DNA from: Bacteroidia bacterium
Lineage (GTDB): Bacteria > Bacteroidota > Bacteroidia > 2-12-FULL-35-15
Length of the DNA stretch: 64,000 bases
NCBI GenBank assembly: GCA_020051175.1
Contig: JAGVJJ010000004.1
Coordinates: 43,558-107,557 of the forward strand
Direction: 5' to 3'
The notes beneath the pieces are model-generated. The model was given only the letters and a program-made list of their open reading frames with translations. It made no database searches and was not told the origin of the DNA. Position 1 is the stretch's first letter. Each line of letters opens with the position of its first letter. Of this stretch, positions 8,527 to 18,827 are shown piece by piece. The position numbers were made by a program, and so were the translations under genes.

Positions 8527-9684
8527 TTAAATCTTATCAAGCGCTTGTTTCAGGTCGGCAATCAAAACATCGGCATCTTCCAGTCCTACATAACAGCGTA
8601 CAAGGTTCCAGGGCAATGGATTTTCAAAGCTTTTGCTTGCCGCTAATGCACACACGGGGAATATCAATGATTCATACCCACCCCAGGATGCTGCCATAAG
8701 AAAGTACCGGAGTGCGTTGCAGAAATTTTCTACCTGGTTGGTATTCTCTGCATTCAGAACAATTGAAAACAGTCCTCCACAGTCGGTCATTTGTTTTTTT
8801 GCGAGTGCCGATTGTGGGTTGTTTTCTGAAAAAGGATAGTAAACCTGTTTTACTTTTGGGTGCTGCTCAAGAAATTGTATTATTTTTTTTGTGCTCTCAC
8901 TGCTCCTTTTTACGCGTACTTCAAGCGTTCGCAGTCCACGCAATAATAATGCAGCATCTTGTGGTGAAATAATACTTCCAATGGTCATATATTCTTCCGC
9001 CATTATTTTCCGGATGCGTTCTTTTGTTCCGCACACAGCGCCTGCTACCACGTCACTATGGCCGTTCAGGTATTTGGTTGCGGAATGCACAATCATGTCA
9101 ATTCCATAATCGGAAGGGTTTTGATTGATAGGGGAGCAATAGCTGTTGTCCAATATGGTTGTAATGTTTTTTGCTTTTGCAACAGCTGCAATGGCTGCAA
9201 TGTCCTGCACTTCAAAAGTGAGTGAGTTAGGGCTTTCCAGGTAAATCAGTCGGGTATTGGACTGGATGGCCTTATCGAAATTCTCAACGGACGACCCATC
9301 TACAAATGTATACGTAACCCCGTATTTCACCAGGTATTTAGAGAGCAGGTTATTGGTCCAGGAATATGGTTTTGCAACACATACAACATGATCACTGCTT
9401 TTTACAACATTCATTACAGCCGCTGCCACAGCCGCACTGCCGCTTGAAAAAACAAGGGCATCCTCCGTTTTTTCAAGAGCGGCAATTTTTTTTCGCAATA
9501 TTGCAACAGTAGGATTGAAACCGCGTGTGTAGAAAGGGATTTCAAGCTCTTTTTTCAGCTGTTGACGCATTTCATCAACCGTTTTAAAACAGAAATTGCT
9601 GGTTTGAAATACAGGCGGTGCTACTGCACCATAATATTCATCACGATCTTCGCCAAGGTGGTTTATAATGTAAGAGATGTCCAT
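8527..9684 (-). CDS. PLP-dependent Cys/Met-metabolism enzyme (cystathionine beta-lyase / gamma-synthase family)
   Basis: 385 aa. The PLP-lysine context HSATKYLNGHSDVVAG and the overall layout are typical of trans-sulfuration enzymes. The exact specificity cannot be determined by eye. Confidence 0.85.
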   Translation of the reverse strand: MDISYIINHLGEDRDEYYGAVAPPVFQTSNFCFKTVDEMRQQLKKELEIPFYTRGFNPTVAILRKKIAALEKTEDALVFSSGSAAVAAAVMNVVKSSDHVVCVAKPYSWTNNLLSKYLVKYGVTYTFVDGSSVENFDKAIQSNTRLIYLESPNSLTFEVQDIAAIAAVAKAKNITTILDNSYCSPINQNPSDYGIDMIVHSATKYLNGHSDVVAGAVCGTKERIRKIMAEEYMTIGSIISPQDAALLLRGLRTLEVRVKRSSESTKKIIQFLEQHPKVKQVYYPFSENNPQSALAKKQMTDCGGLFSIVLNAENTNQVENFCNALRYFLMAASWGGYESLIFPVCALAASKSFENPLPWNLVRCYVGLEDADVLIADLKQALDKI

Positions 9685-9799
9685 AATTCAGTTTTTTTTG
9701 TATGTATTGCGATAAAACAAAAATGCGAAAAAATATTTGGATTTGTGCCAATATGTGACTGGCTTCCGGCTCACCCGGTTTTTTATTACCTTTGTTAAG

Positions 9800-10786
9800 A
9801 TGAACGCAAATGCCGTTAAAACACGTCCGCTTTTCTGGTTCTATATCCTGGTAGCCTATGTGCTTGTTCAGTTCATTTGGTGGAGTTACCTGATGGTTGA
9901 TTTGAACAATGAAATCTATCACCTGAAAACGGAACTTAATCTGTTAAAGGGTGATAGCCTCGATGACGTGGTGATGAAAGGCAATGAGCTGAATGAAAAG
10001 CTTCACAAGCGCTGGATGATGATTTTCGGGGAGGGTTTTGTCTTTATTGGTGTGCTGGTGGCTGGTATTTTTCAGGTACGTAAAACATTTAAGAGAGAAG
10101 CGGAACTGGCGCTTCAGCAGCAAAATTTTTTATTATCTGTAACACATGAGTTAAAATCCCCAATTGCATCGGCCAAGCTACAGCTGCAAACACTCCAAAG
10201 GCATGAGCTCAGTCGTGAGAAGCAGAAAGAAATTATTGCGGATGCCATTAATGATACAGAAAGGCTGAATAACCTCGTAGAGAATATTTTGCTTGCTGCA
10301 AAAATTGAAAACAGTGTATTTGTGCTTCACAAAGAAAAGCACAACCTGTCGGAATACCTTACAGAAGGCATGAACCAAACGATGAGGGCCTTTAACTATA
10401 AGCAAAAGGTGGTGCTGGCCATTGAGCCTGACATTTATATGTCAATTGATAAAACAACATTCCCATCTATTGTCCTTAACTTGTTTGAGAACGCAGTTAA
10501 GTATTCGCCCGCGGAATCAACAATTACTGTAGGTTTAAAAAAGCAGGATCGGAAAATAATTTTATTCGTTTCCGATGAGGGCGGGGGAATCCCTGAGAAG
10601 GAAAAACAATTTATTTTTCAGAAATTTTACCGTGTGGGAAATGAAGAAATACGTAAAACAAAAGGGACCGGACTTGGCTTATATATAGTTGATTATCTCG
10701 TAAAGCAACACGAAGGAGTTATTACAGTAAAGAATAATTCAAAGGGTGGAACTGTGTTCGAAATAGTATTCAGCGAAGTGTCCTAG
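9800..10786 (+). CDS. sensor histidine kinase (two TM helices, HisKA + HATPase_c)
   Basis: The H-box SVTHELKSPIASAKLQ, N-box LFENAVKYS and G-boxes DEGGGIP / GTGLGLYIV are present. The ATG at 9800 (MNANAVKTRPLFWFYILV) is preferred over the upstream start at 9737. Confidence 0.85.
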   Translation: MNANAVKTRPLFWFYILVAYVLVQFIWWSYLMVDLNNEIYHLKTELNLLKGDSLDDVVMKGNELNEKLHKRWMMIFGEGFVFIGVLVAGIFQVRKTFKREAELALQQQNFLLSVTHELKSPIASAKLQLQTLQRHELSREKQKEIIADAINDTERLNNLVENILLAAKIENSVFVLHKEKHNLSEYLTEGMNQTMRAFNYKQKVVLAIEPDIYMSIDKTTFPSIVLNLFENAVKYSPAESTITVGLKKQDRKIILFVSDEGGGIPEKEKQFIFQKFYRVGNEEIRKTKGTGLGLYIVDYLVKQHEGVITVKNNSKGGTVFEIVFSEVS

Positions 10787-10813
10787 TTTAAAATAATGTA
10801 TAAGTAATTTTAT

Positions 10814-12328
10814 ATGAAAAAAGTAGCATTAATAATTTTAGATGGCTGGGGGCTTGGCGATGGAACAAAAGCAGATGCCATTGCAAATGCGCATACTCCT
10901 TTTATGGATAGTCTGTATAAAAACTACCCTTATTCTACGCTTCGTACATCAGGTGAGGATGTAGGCTTGCCCGATGGACAGATGGGCAACAGCGAGGTAG
11001 GGCATTTGAATATAGGTGCAGGCCGCGTGGTTTACCAGGATTTGGCGTTGATCAATAAAGCGGTGCGTGAAAGGACTATTGACACGAATCCTGTATTGTT
11101 AGAGGCTTTTGAATATGCTAAAAAGAACAACGTGTCGGTTCACCTGATGGGTCTTGTTTCTGAGGGTGGGGTGCATTCGTCACAGGCTCATCTTCACCAT
11201 TTGTGCGATATGGCGAAAGCACAGGGCTTGAGCAAAGTATTTATACATGCTTTTACCGATGGCCGTGATACGGATCCTAAAAGCGGCCTTGATTATTTGA
11301 AAAATTTACAAAACCATTTGTTACAGTCTGCAGGAAAAGTGGCCAGTGTTGTTGGCCGTTATTATGCAATGGACAGGGACAAAAGGTGGGAACGCATTAA
11401 GCTGGCGTATGACTTGCTTGTAAAGGGAAAAGGGGCTGCTACAACTGATGTTGTTGCGAGTGTGGAAAGATCCTATTCAGAAGGTGTTACGGACGAATTT
11501 ATAAAGCCTCTTGTTGCGGTTGATGCCGCAGGTGCTCCTGTGGCTATAATTAAACCAGGCGATGTGGTGATTTGTTTTAATTTTCGTACGGACCGTTGCC
11601 GTGAGATTACACAAGTGCTGACGCAGCAAAACATGCCTGAACATGAAATGAGCACAATGCCATTGTACTATGTTACCATGACCAATTACGATGCTACATT
11701 TAAAAATGTTCGTGTGGTGTATGATAAGGACAATCTTGTAAATACAATGGGGGAGGTGCTGGAAGCAAATGGAAAGCAGCAGATCCGCATTGCAGAAACA
11801 GAAAAATATCCTCATGTTACGTTCTTCTTTTCTGGAGGGCGTGAAAAAGAGTTTATGGGTGAAAAGAGAATTTTAATTCCATCACCTAAAGTTGCAACCT
11901 ATGATTTGAAGCCGGAAATGAGCGCTATAGAGCTTACAGATGCCATTGTTCCGGAAATGCAGAAGGCAGAGGCACATTTTGTATGCCTCAATTTTGCAAA
12001 CCCGGATATGGTAGGGCATACGGGTGTTTACCAGGCAATTGTAAAAGCGGTAGAAACAGTAGATGCATGTTTGAAAAGAGTAGTTGAAGCAGGTTTGGAA
12101 AAAGGATATTCGTTTATAATTATTGCCGATCATGGCAATGCTGATGTTGCTATCAATGCCGATGGTTCACCAAATACTGCTCATACTACCAACCCCGTTC
12201 CATGTATTTTAATAGACAGTGAATACAAAAAGATACAAAATGGTAAGCTTGCTGATATATCACCGACTATCCTGAAGATCCTGGGGTTAGAAATCCCTAG
12301 AGAAATGACGGGAAATGTGCTTGTTTGA
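10814..12328 (+). CDS. gpmI: 2,3-bisphosphoglycerate-independent phosphoglycerate mutase
   Basis: 504 aa, with MKKVALIILDGWGLG..., NSEVGHLNIGAGR, FTDGRDT and ADHGNA motifs characteristic of iPGM. Confidence 0.95.
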   Translation: MKKVALIILDGWGLGDGTKADAIANAHTPFMDSLYKNYPYSTLRTSGEDVGLPDGQMGNSEVGHLNIGAGRVVYQDLALINKAVRERTIDTNPVLLEAFEYAKKNNVSVHLMGLVSEGGVHSSQAHLHHLCDMAKAQGLSKVFIHAFTDGRDTDPKSGLDYLKNLQNHLLQSAGKVASVVGRYYAMDRDKRWERIKLAYDLLVKGKGAATTDVVASVERSYSEGVTDEFIKPLVAVDAAGAPVAIIKPGDVVICFNFRTDRCREITQVLTQQNMPEHEMSTMPLYYVTMTNYDATFKNVRVVYDKDNLVNTMGEVLEANGKQQIRIAETEKYPHVTFFFSGGREKEFMGEKRILIPSPKVATYDLKPEMSAIELTDAIVPEMQKAEAHFVCLNFANPDMVGHTGVYQAIVKAVETVDACLKRVVEAGLEKGYSFIIIADHGNADVAINADGSPNTAHTTNPVPCILIDSEYKKIQNGKLADISPTILKILGLEIPREMTGNVLV

Positions 12329-12405
12329 TTAAAAATTCAGATGATTGAAATCCAGCCAGCTTTTTATTACGTAAATAAATTAATTTAGGGCCTTATTCCG
12401 AAACA

Positions 12406-12954
12406 GTGCTGACCAAAGTTAAATATACAGAAGAAGAATTGATTTCACTTGTCAGGAGTGGGGATCAAAGTGCTTTTGCGTATTTATACGACAATTATTC
12501 AAAAGCGTTGTTTGGGGTTATATATACTATTGTAGGGGATGCCGAAGAGTCGGAAGATATATTGCAGACGGTATTTTTGAAGATATGGAATAGTTTTGGT
12601 TCATATGATACGGACAAGGGGAGGTTGTATACATGGATGCTGAATATTACCCGTAATGCCGCTATAGACTATACGCGGTCAAAGCAAAACAAAATCAATT
12701 TAAAAAACCTTAGTTCACATAATATCGTACATGATATTGACAAGCAATATCACAATGCGGCCAATTATGATCATATTGGTTTAAAAAATATTCTTACCGA
12801 ATTAAAATCGGAGCACCAGACGATCATAGATATGGCCTATTATAAAGGTTATACGCAGGACGAGATCGCGAAGCAGCTGCAAATGCCTTTGGGTACTGTT
12901 AAAACAAAGGTAAGGCAGGCAATTATAATACTAAGAGATATTATTAATAAATAG
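12406..12954 (+). CDS. ECF RNA polymerase sigma factor
   Basis: GTG start. Region 2 is SEDILQTVFLKIWNSFGSYD...LYTWMLNITRNAAIDY and region 4 is YYKGYTQDEIAKQLQMPLGTVKTKVRQA. Confidence 0.85.
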   Translation: MLTKVKYTEEELISLVRSGDQSAFAYLYDNYSKALFGVIYTIVGDAEESEDILQTVFLKIWNSFGSYDTDKGRLYTWMLNITRNAAIDYTRSKQNKINLKNLSSHNIVHDIDKQYHNAANYDHIGLKNILTELKSEHQTIIDMAYYKGYTQDEIAKQLQMPLGTVKTKVRQAIIILRDIINK

Positions 12955-12955
12955 T

Positions 12956-13747
12956 TTGAATAGCAGGGAAATCATATCATCAGGACTTTTGGAAAGCTAT
13001 GTGCTTGGCAATTGTACAGCAGAGGAAAATCTGCTCGTGCGGGAGCTTTCTTCTAAGTACCCCGAAGTATTGACTGAAATAGAAGCTATTGAAAATGCGT
13101 TGATTCAGTATTCATCAGCCAAAGCACCTACAGTTCCGGACGCGGTAAAAAGCCGTTTGATGCTGAAACTCAACGGTGGAGAGGAAGCATCTGTAAGAAA
13201 CAAGAGCCAATCCGGCCCTAAATGGTACGGCTATGCTGCTGCTGCCGCTGTGGTGTTGTTAATAGTTAGTTCTGTTGTAAATGTGCTGCTTTATTCTAAG
13301 GTTTTGAGGCTGAGCTCAGATTTGGCGGTAATTCAACAAGAGAAAAATTATTACGTGGATCAGCTGAATGTTCAGAATGTTAGTTTGAATGCCAGGAATG
13401 CTGAAGTTGCCCTGCTTTCAAATCCTTCTACCAAACAGATATTCCTGAAAAGCACAGACACAACTGTCAATTCAAAAGCTACAATATATTGGAATACCGG
13501 TACACGTGAAACCTATCTTTCCCTGGTTCAGCTTCCGGCTCCCCCTCAGGGAAAACAATACCAGCTATGGGCTATTGTAGACGGCAAGCCAGTTGATGCC
13601 GGTGTGTTTGATGTTGCTGCCAATGATACTGTTTTGCAGAAAATGAAAGAAATCAGCAATGCCCAGGCATTTGCTGTTACTGTTGAAGTTGCCGGTGGCA
13701 GTCCTGCTCCTACACTATCCACTTTGTGCCTGATGGGCAATGTGTGA
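12956..13747 (+). CDS. anti-sigma factor, RskA-like (anti-sigma-K C-terminal domain)
   Basis: TTG start 1 nt after the sigma gene stop. It has a central TM helix (YGYAAAAAVVLLIVSSVVNVLLY). The C-terminal KQYQLWAIVDGKPVDAGVF...AFAVTVEVAGGSPAPT is typical of the RskA family. Confidence 0.75.
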   Translation: MNSREIISSGLLESYVLGNCTAEENLLVRELSSKYPEVLTEIEAIENALIQYSSAKAPTVPDAVKSRLMLKLNGGEEASVRNKSQSGPKWYGYAAAAAVVLLIVSSVVNVLLYSKVLRLSSDLAVIQQEKNYYVDQLNVQNVSLNARNAEVALLSNPSTKQIFLKSTDTTVNSKATIYWNTGTRETYLSLVQLPAPPQGKQYQLWAIVDGKPVDAGVFDVAANDTVLQKMKEISNAQAFAVTVEVAGGSPAPTLSTLCLMGNV

Positions 13748-13991
13748 TTTCTCTTTTACCAGTCATTTATAAATGGCCGCATCTTGTATTTAATGTTCTG
13801 AAATTCAGTCTATTATAATTTTTTTCGTTTTTAAAATCCAATCTCTTATTTATATCGTATCTGATATTGTTGATAATAAATATCCGGCTGTTTGTCGATA
13901 ATTAACGATATTGGTCGAAATAGAAATACACCACTCACAAACAAAAAAACTGGGCAACAGCAAACTGAAGACAACAACTAAAAAAAAATCT

Positions 13992-15836
13992 ATGAAAAAA
14001 ATTACTCGTAAACTTTTATTAGGGTTTTCGGCTTTTTGCACACTTGGTGCTCAGGCAATGGAAGGGCACTTACTCCTTTCAGCAAAATTGGATGGCATGC
14101 AGTCGGTGCCAATGAATATGGCATCAGGCTTGGGTGTAGCAAGTTTCAGATTAAATGCCACAATGGACACTATGTGTGTAAGTATAAGCATTGACAGCTT
14201 ATCAGGACCAATTACAGGAATTCACGTGCATGAAGGTGCCCCCGGGGTTAATGGTGCTGTAGTAACAGACTTAACATCCTATGTAAATGGATGGAATGTA
14301 AGTGCAATGTTAACAGGTGCAAACCTTACAAGCGCAATGGTGGCCAAATACCTGGCAGGGGCTTATTATGTAAACGTTCATACCGCAGCCAATGCCGGTG
14401 GCGAAATCCGTGGCCAGATTTGGCTTGAGTCGGATTATGCCTATACTGCAAAGTTGGATGGTGCACAACAAGTGCCGGCAGTTACAACTACTGCTTATGG
14501 TTTGGGAGTGTTTAATCTTTCTCAGGACATGTCCACATTAAGTATTGATGTTTTGGTTCAGGGCTTAAGCGGAGCAATTACTTCTGCACACCTTCACACA
14601 GGTGCAGCTGGAGCTACCGGTGGTGTTGCCATTGATTTAACAAGCATGATTTCTGGTAATACGATTTCCGGTGAAGTAAACCCTTCAGCGTTTTTAGCAG
14701 ACTTAAAAGCCGGTAACATCTATATCAATATTCATACAAGTGCAAATGCAGGTGGCGAAATCCGCGGTCAGTTATGGCACGATAATAAATTGTCTTTTGA
14801 TGCATGGTTAGACGGTGATCAGCAGGTTCCTGCTGTAACAACAACTGCAATGGGAGTTTCAAGGTTATTGTTGAACACTACTATGGATACTTTATGGTAT
14901 GATGTAGTTGCCGATGGATTGAGCGGTGCAATAACAAGCGCACATTTTCACACGGGTGCATGGGGTTCAACAGGTGGAGTTGCTGCGGACATTTCATCAA
15001 ACATCAGTGGTAACAGCATTAGTGGTTATGTAGCTGGTACTGCACTTACGTCTACAATGCTTACCGATCTTATTGAAGGTAATCTTTACATCAATGTTCA
15101 TACAGCTGCGAATGCGGGCGGTGAAATCCGCGGACAGGTTTATCGTTTAGCACGTGAAGGGTATACCATGAAGTTAAGCGGTGATCAACAGGTTCCTGCA
15201 ATTAGTGTTCCTGCCTGGGGTACTGGTGTAGTATCTGTAGACAGAGATGGAACAAACCTTCATTACATGGTGGTTGCAAACGGTTTAAGTGGTGTACTTA
15301 CAGGTGCTCATTTCCATTCAGGTGCTGCGGGTGCTAATGGTGGTGTTGCATTGGATTTGTCTTCTGTATTTACTTCTGCAGGTGGTAACGCTTCTGGTTT
15401 CGGATACTGGAAATCGACCGATGCAACGCCTTACACAGATTTAGTTGACTCAATGGTGTGGAACGAAATGATTTATCTTAATCTGCACACAACTGCAAAT
15501 GCTGGTGGAGAAATCCGCGGTCAGGTGATGCATTGGGAAAGCTGCATGAATATGCCATCAGGAATTAATGATGAAGGTATTGAAAACACAGCTGTTTTCG
15601 TATTCCCTAACCCTGCTTCTGATGTGGTGTCTGTTTCGTTTGTCTCTTCTGGTGCTGAGAAAACAAATGTTGTAATTACAGACATGCTTGGCAAACAAGT
15701 TTCAACGCAAAATTTCAATTTTGTAAAAGGACAAAATACAGCAACTGTAAATGTGGAAGGTCTTAACAGCGGGATTTATTTTATTACTGTGAACAATGTA
15801 AATGAAAAAGTGACAAAACGCTTTATCAAACATTAA
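13992..15836 (+). CDS. secreted protein with five tandem CHRD domains and T9SS sorting domain
   Basis: There are five ~120-aa repeats, each containing LSGxITxAH[FIL]HxGAxGxxGGV and Y[IV]N[IV]HTxANAGGEIRGQ. The signal peptide is MKKITRKLLLGFSAFCTLGAQA. The C-terminus is FPNPASDVVSV...GIYFITV. Confidence 0.8.
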   Translation: MKKITRKLLLGFSAFCTLGAQAMEGHLLLSAKLDGMQSVPMNMASGLGVASFRLNATMDTMCVSISIDSLSGPITGIHVHEGAPGVNGAVVTDLTSYVNGWNVSAMLTGANLTSAMVAKYLAGAYYVNVHTAANAGGEIRGQIWLESDYAYTAKLDGAQQVPAVTTTAYGLGVFNLSQDMSTLSIDVLVQGLSGAITSAHLHTGAAGATGGVAIDLTSMISGNTISGEVNPSAFLADLKAGNIYINIHTSANAGGEIRGQLWHDNKLSFDAWLDGDQQVPAVTTTAMGVSRLLLNTTMDTLWYDVVADGLSGAITSAHFHTGAWGSTGGVAADISSNISGNSISGYVAGTALTSTMLTDLIEGNLYINVHTAANAGGEIRGQVYRLAREGYTMKLSGDQQVPAISVPAWGTGVVSVDRDGTNLHYMVVANGLSGVLTGAHFHSGAAGANGGVALDLSSVFTSAGGNASGFGYWKSTDATPYTDLVDSMVWNEMIYLNLHTTANAGGEIRGQVMHWESCMNMPSGINDEGIENTAVFVFPNPASDVVSVSFVSSGAEKTNVVITDMLGKQVSTQNFNFVKGQNTATVNVEGLNSGIYFITVNNVNEKVTKRFIKH

Positions 15837-15870
15837 AAATCCAAACCGGCTCTTTAAGAGAGTTCAAATT

Positions 15871-15910
15871 AAACAAGGGAGGCCGAAATTTTCGGCCTCC
15901 CTTGTTTTTT
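15871..15910 (+). terminator. rho-independent terminator
   Basis: AAACAAGGGAGGCCGAAA/TTTCGGCCTCCCTTGTTT is a perfect GC-rich palindrome followed by a T-run. It lies 35 nt after the CHRD gene stop. Confidence 0.85.
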
Positions 15911-15980
15911 AGCATTAGGTCCAATTGTTTTAAATATTGCCTGATTTTTTTATCTTCGTATAGTCCTATTTTCTGACAAG

Positions 15981-16967
15981 ATGATAAAAAGGGTTCATGT
16001 TTATACAACATTAGCATTCATTTTCCTTGCTACGGGACTTTTCCTGTTACAATCAGAGCTTCCCGCACTGGCCCCTGTATACGTCCTGGCCGGTTATCTT
16101 TGTGCGATAAAGGAGGTGGCAAAGTATACATCATGGTACCAGTTTTCTGCAGTTTTTGGTTCCGCGTTTGTTTTGGGGCTTATATTGGATAAAAACCTCA
16201 CGAATTTCCCTTTGCTTGCATTATCGGTGTTTGTTGCCGCTTCGGGCTCCATTATGAGGGTAGTTCTGTTCCGTGTTTTTTGCCATACGCGTTATACCTG
16301 GTTTGAGCCGGCCATGCTTTCCGTTGCCGTACTTTTGTATCTGGTGGGGAATATGTGGTCAGATAATGGATGGCAAGCTTGGGTGTTTCCACCTGTTGTA
16401 TTATTTTTTCAGGGTGTTTTTACTTTTGACGTCATGAAGGATGAAAAGCAATTGCTGGGTTATGCAATGGGCGCCAACCGTGTTGCCATCGGTAAAAATG
16501 CACCGGATTTTGAGCTTCCTGACCAGGATGGAGAACTTGTGAGTATCAATGACTATAAGAGCAGGAGAAATTTATTGCTGATTTTTGTGCGGGGCGACTG
16601 GTGTCCGGGCTGTCACATGATGCTCAGGACATATCAGCGCGAAAAGGAAAGGTTCTATACAAAAGATATACTTGTGATGGCAATAGGGCCCGATCCTGTT
16701 GGGGTAAACCGCGAAATGGTGGAAAAGCTATCACTTGATTTTAAAGTGCTTTCTGATCCCGGACAGAAAACAGCAATGCGCTATGGTGTTCAGCTGAAAG
16801 AGTATGATAATGATTTTGCAGAAGATTACGAAGAAGGGATACCGCTTCCCGCTTCTTTTCTTATAGACAAGAATGGTCTGGTGCAATATGCTTCGCGGCC
16901 GGATAGGGTAGGGGAGTTCCTTGATCCAAGAACAATATTCCCTGTTGTCGATAAGTTGGGTTACTAG
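15981..16967 (+). CDS. membrane-anchored peroxiredoxin/thiol-disulfide oxidoreductase (AhpC/TSA-redoxin fold fused to polytopic N-terminal domain)
   Basis: The N-terminal ~165 aa are hydrophobic with several TM helices. The C-terminal part is GKNAPDFELPDQDGELVSINDYKSRRNLLLIFVRGDWCPGCH, a redoxin domain with a CPGC motif. Confidence 0.8.
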   Translation: MIKRVHVYTTLAFIFLATGLFLLQSELPALAPVYVLAGYLCAIKEVAKYTSWYQFSAVFGSAFVLGLILDKNLTNFPLLALSVFVAASGSIMRVVLFRVFCHTRYTWFEPAMLSVAVLLYLVGNMWSDNGWQAWVFPPVVLFFQGVFTFDVMKDEKQLLGYAMGANRVAIGKNAPDFELPDQDGELVSINDYKSRRNLLLIFVRGDWCPGCHMMLRTYQREKERFYTKDILVMAIGPDPVGVNREMVEKLSLDFKVLSDPGQKTAMRYGVQLKEYDNDFAEDYEEGIPLPASFLIDKNGLVQYASRPDRVGEFLDPRTIFPVVDKLGY

Positions 16968-16991
16968 TTTTTTACAGTAAATGTTTAAACA

Positions 16992-18314
16992 ATGAACTAT
17001 GTCCTCTGGGTAATAATAATAAGCTCAACACTTTGTGTTATAGTTGTTGCACTTTCTGTATTTCTAAAGTATCAGTCAGCAGAAAAAAGGCTTACGCTTA
17101 TTGAAGCAGAGAAGGTTAATTATGAAAGTATTATTGACCAGGCCAATGATGCTATGTTTGTTATCGATATTGTTGATGGCCGTGTTCACCAGTGTAACCC
17201 AAGTGCAGCAGCTATGCTGGGTTATACCAAAAAGGAGCTGGAGAGCAAGACCCTGTTTGAGCTTCAACCCAAAGAGCTTCTTGAAAGAAGTTCAACTACG
17301 GTTGCTGACGTGTGGGAGAAAAAAGGATTGATATATAAGGACATCCCTTTTGTGCACAAGAACGGCCATATTCTTCCAGTTGAGTGCAGTGCAAAGGTTG
17401 CCCCATTTGCAGGAAGGCCTTCAGTTGTTATTTATGCACGTGACATTACTGAACGTTTGCGATTGGAAAATGAAGTGCTGGAACAGAAAAAAATTATTGA
17501 GGTAAAAAATAAAGACATAACAGACAGTATTAATTATGCATTGAATATACAGCAGGCATTGCTTCCCTCCGGGGAAAAAATGACGATCGAACTGAAAGAG
17601 CATTTTATATTGTACCAGCCTAAAGATATTGTGAGTGGCGATTTTTACTGGTGCGACAGCAAACTGACCACTCCCCGTCCGAATCAGCCTGCGCAGGAAG
17701 TAACGGTTGTGGCTGCGGTTGATTGCACGGGGCATGGTGTGCCGGGAGCTTTAATGAGCGTTATTGGCAATACAATTTTAAAACAAATTATAAACAGGGC
17801 TACTGTTAATAATGCCGGAGAGGCATTGGGCTTGTTTAATAAAAAAGTCTCCGAAACCCTGAATACAATTAAGGATGGCATGGACATGGCTCTGTGCATT
17901 ATTAATTACAGCAAAATGGAATTCCAGTATGCGGGTGCAAATAATCCTATTTACATCGTGCGCAGGAACACAGGCGATGGGTTACAGGAGAGCCTGGTGC
18001 CTTATGAGCTTCAGGAAATAAAGGCCGATAAGCTTGCAATTGGCGCAGATTCCGGTGATACAAAAACTTTTACCAACCACGTTATACAACTGGAAAAAGG
18101 GGATTGTATTTACCTTTTTACCGATGGTTATGCGGATCAGTTTGGCGGACCGCTTGGAAAAAAGCTGATGTACAAAAAGTTTAAGGAAACATTGCTTTCC
18201 ATACAAAAGTATTCCATGGAAGAACAAAAAAATCAGTTGTATTCGTCCTTCTTAAACTGGAAGGGCGACCTGGACCAGGTAGACGATATCCTGGTGATAG
18301 GGATTCGTGTTTAA
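16992..18314 (+). CDS. PAS-domain serine phosphatase (SpoIIE/RsbU-type PP2C)
   Basis: It has an N-terminal TM helix and a PAS region (ANDAMFVIDIVDGRVHQCNPSAAAMLGYTKKEL). PP2C motifs are VSGDFYW, DCTGHGVPGALMS and LFTDGYADQFG. Confidence 0.8.
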   Translation: MNYVLWVIIISSTLCVIVVALSVFLKYQSAEKRLTLIEAEKVNYESIIDQANDAMFVIDIVDGRVHQCNPSAAAMLGYTKKELESKTLFELQPKELLERSSTTVADVWEKKGLIYKDIPFVHKNGHILPVECSAKVAPFAGRPSVVIYARDITERLRLENEVLEQKKIIEVKNKDITDSINYALNIQQALLPSGEKMTIELKEHFILYQPKDIVSGDFYWCDSKLTTPRPNQPAQEVTVVAAVDCTGHGVPGALMSVIGNTILKQIINRATVNNAGEALGLFNKKVSETLNTIKDGMDMALCIINYSKMEFQYAGANNPIYIVRRNTGDGLQESLVPYELQEIKADKLAIGADSGDTKTFTNHVIQLEKGDCIYLFTDGYADQFGGPLGKKLMYKKFKETLLSIQKYSMEEQKNQLYSSFLNWKGDLDQVDDILVIGIRV

Positions 18315-18339
18315 ATTTTTGTACTGGTTGTTACAGCCG

Positions 18340-18780
18340 CTATTCCGGCACATGGTTGAGCAGTGACCAGTACAATCCAAGGTCCATAACAACCTGCGAG
18401 AACTGATCAAATTCCAGTGGTTTAACGATATAGCTGTTTACACCTAATTCATAACATTCTTTAACATCTGGGTCTTCCTGCGATGAAGTAAAAACTACAA
18501 CCGGGATGCTTTTGGTTCGTTCGTCTGCCTTGATTTTTCTCAGCACTTCTATGCCATTTATTTTTGGCATTTTCAGATCCAGTAAAATTACAATCGGGTT
18601 CACCATTTCACGGGTGGCATAAGGTCCTTCACAAAAAATGTAATTTAAAGCTTCTTCACCGTCCTTCAGATGAACTATCTGATTAACAATCTTTCCTTCT
18701 TTTAAGGCCATTATTGTCAGTTTTGCATCGCTTGGGTTGTCTTCAACCAATACAATTTCAAAGGGAGGATTTGTTTTCAT
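18340..18780 (-). CDS. stand-alone response regulator receiver protein
   Basis: The start is set at [18 protein letters not shown] (18780), which avoids overlap with the kinase gene. Receiver residues are seen in [15 protein letters not shown] and VVVFTSS. No output domain is present. Confidence 0.85.
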   Translation of the reverse strand: MKTNPPFEIVLVEDNPSDAKLTIMALKEGKIVNQIVHLKDGEEALNYIFCEGPYATREMVNPIVILLDLKMPKINGIEVLRKIKADERTKSIPVVVFTSSQEDPDVKECYELGVNSYIVKPLEFDQFSQVVMDLGLYWSLLNHVPE

Positions 18781-18827
18781 GTCGTTAAGTATTATTGTTT
18801 GTAAATTCAATTCTGTTTTTTCTGAGT

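Noticed and set aside
9685-9799. SAM or other riboswitch upstream of the Cys/Met PLP enzyme
   Set aside because: The 115-nt leader lacks the conserved SAM-I/SAM-II helices that I can recognise, and only trivial 4-bp stems are present. A covariance-model scan would be needed to be certain.
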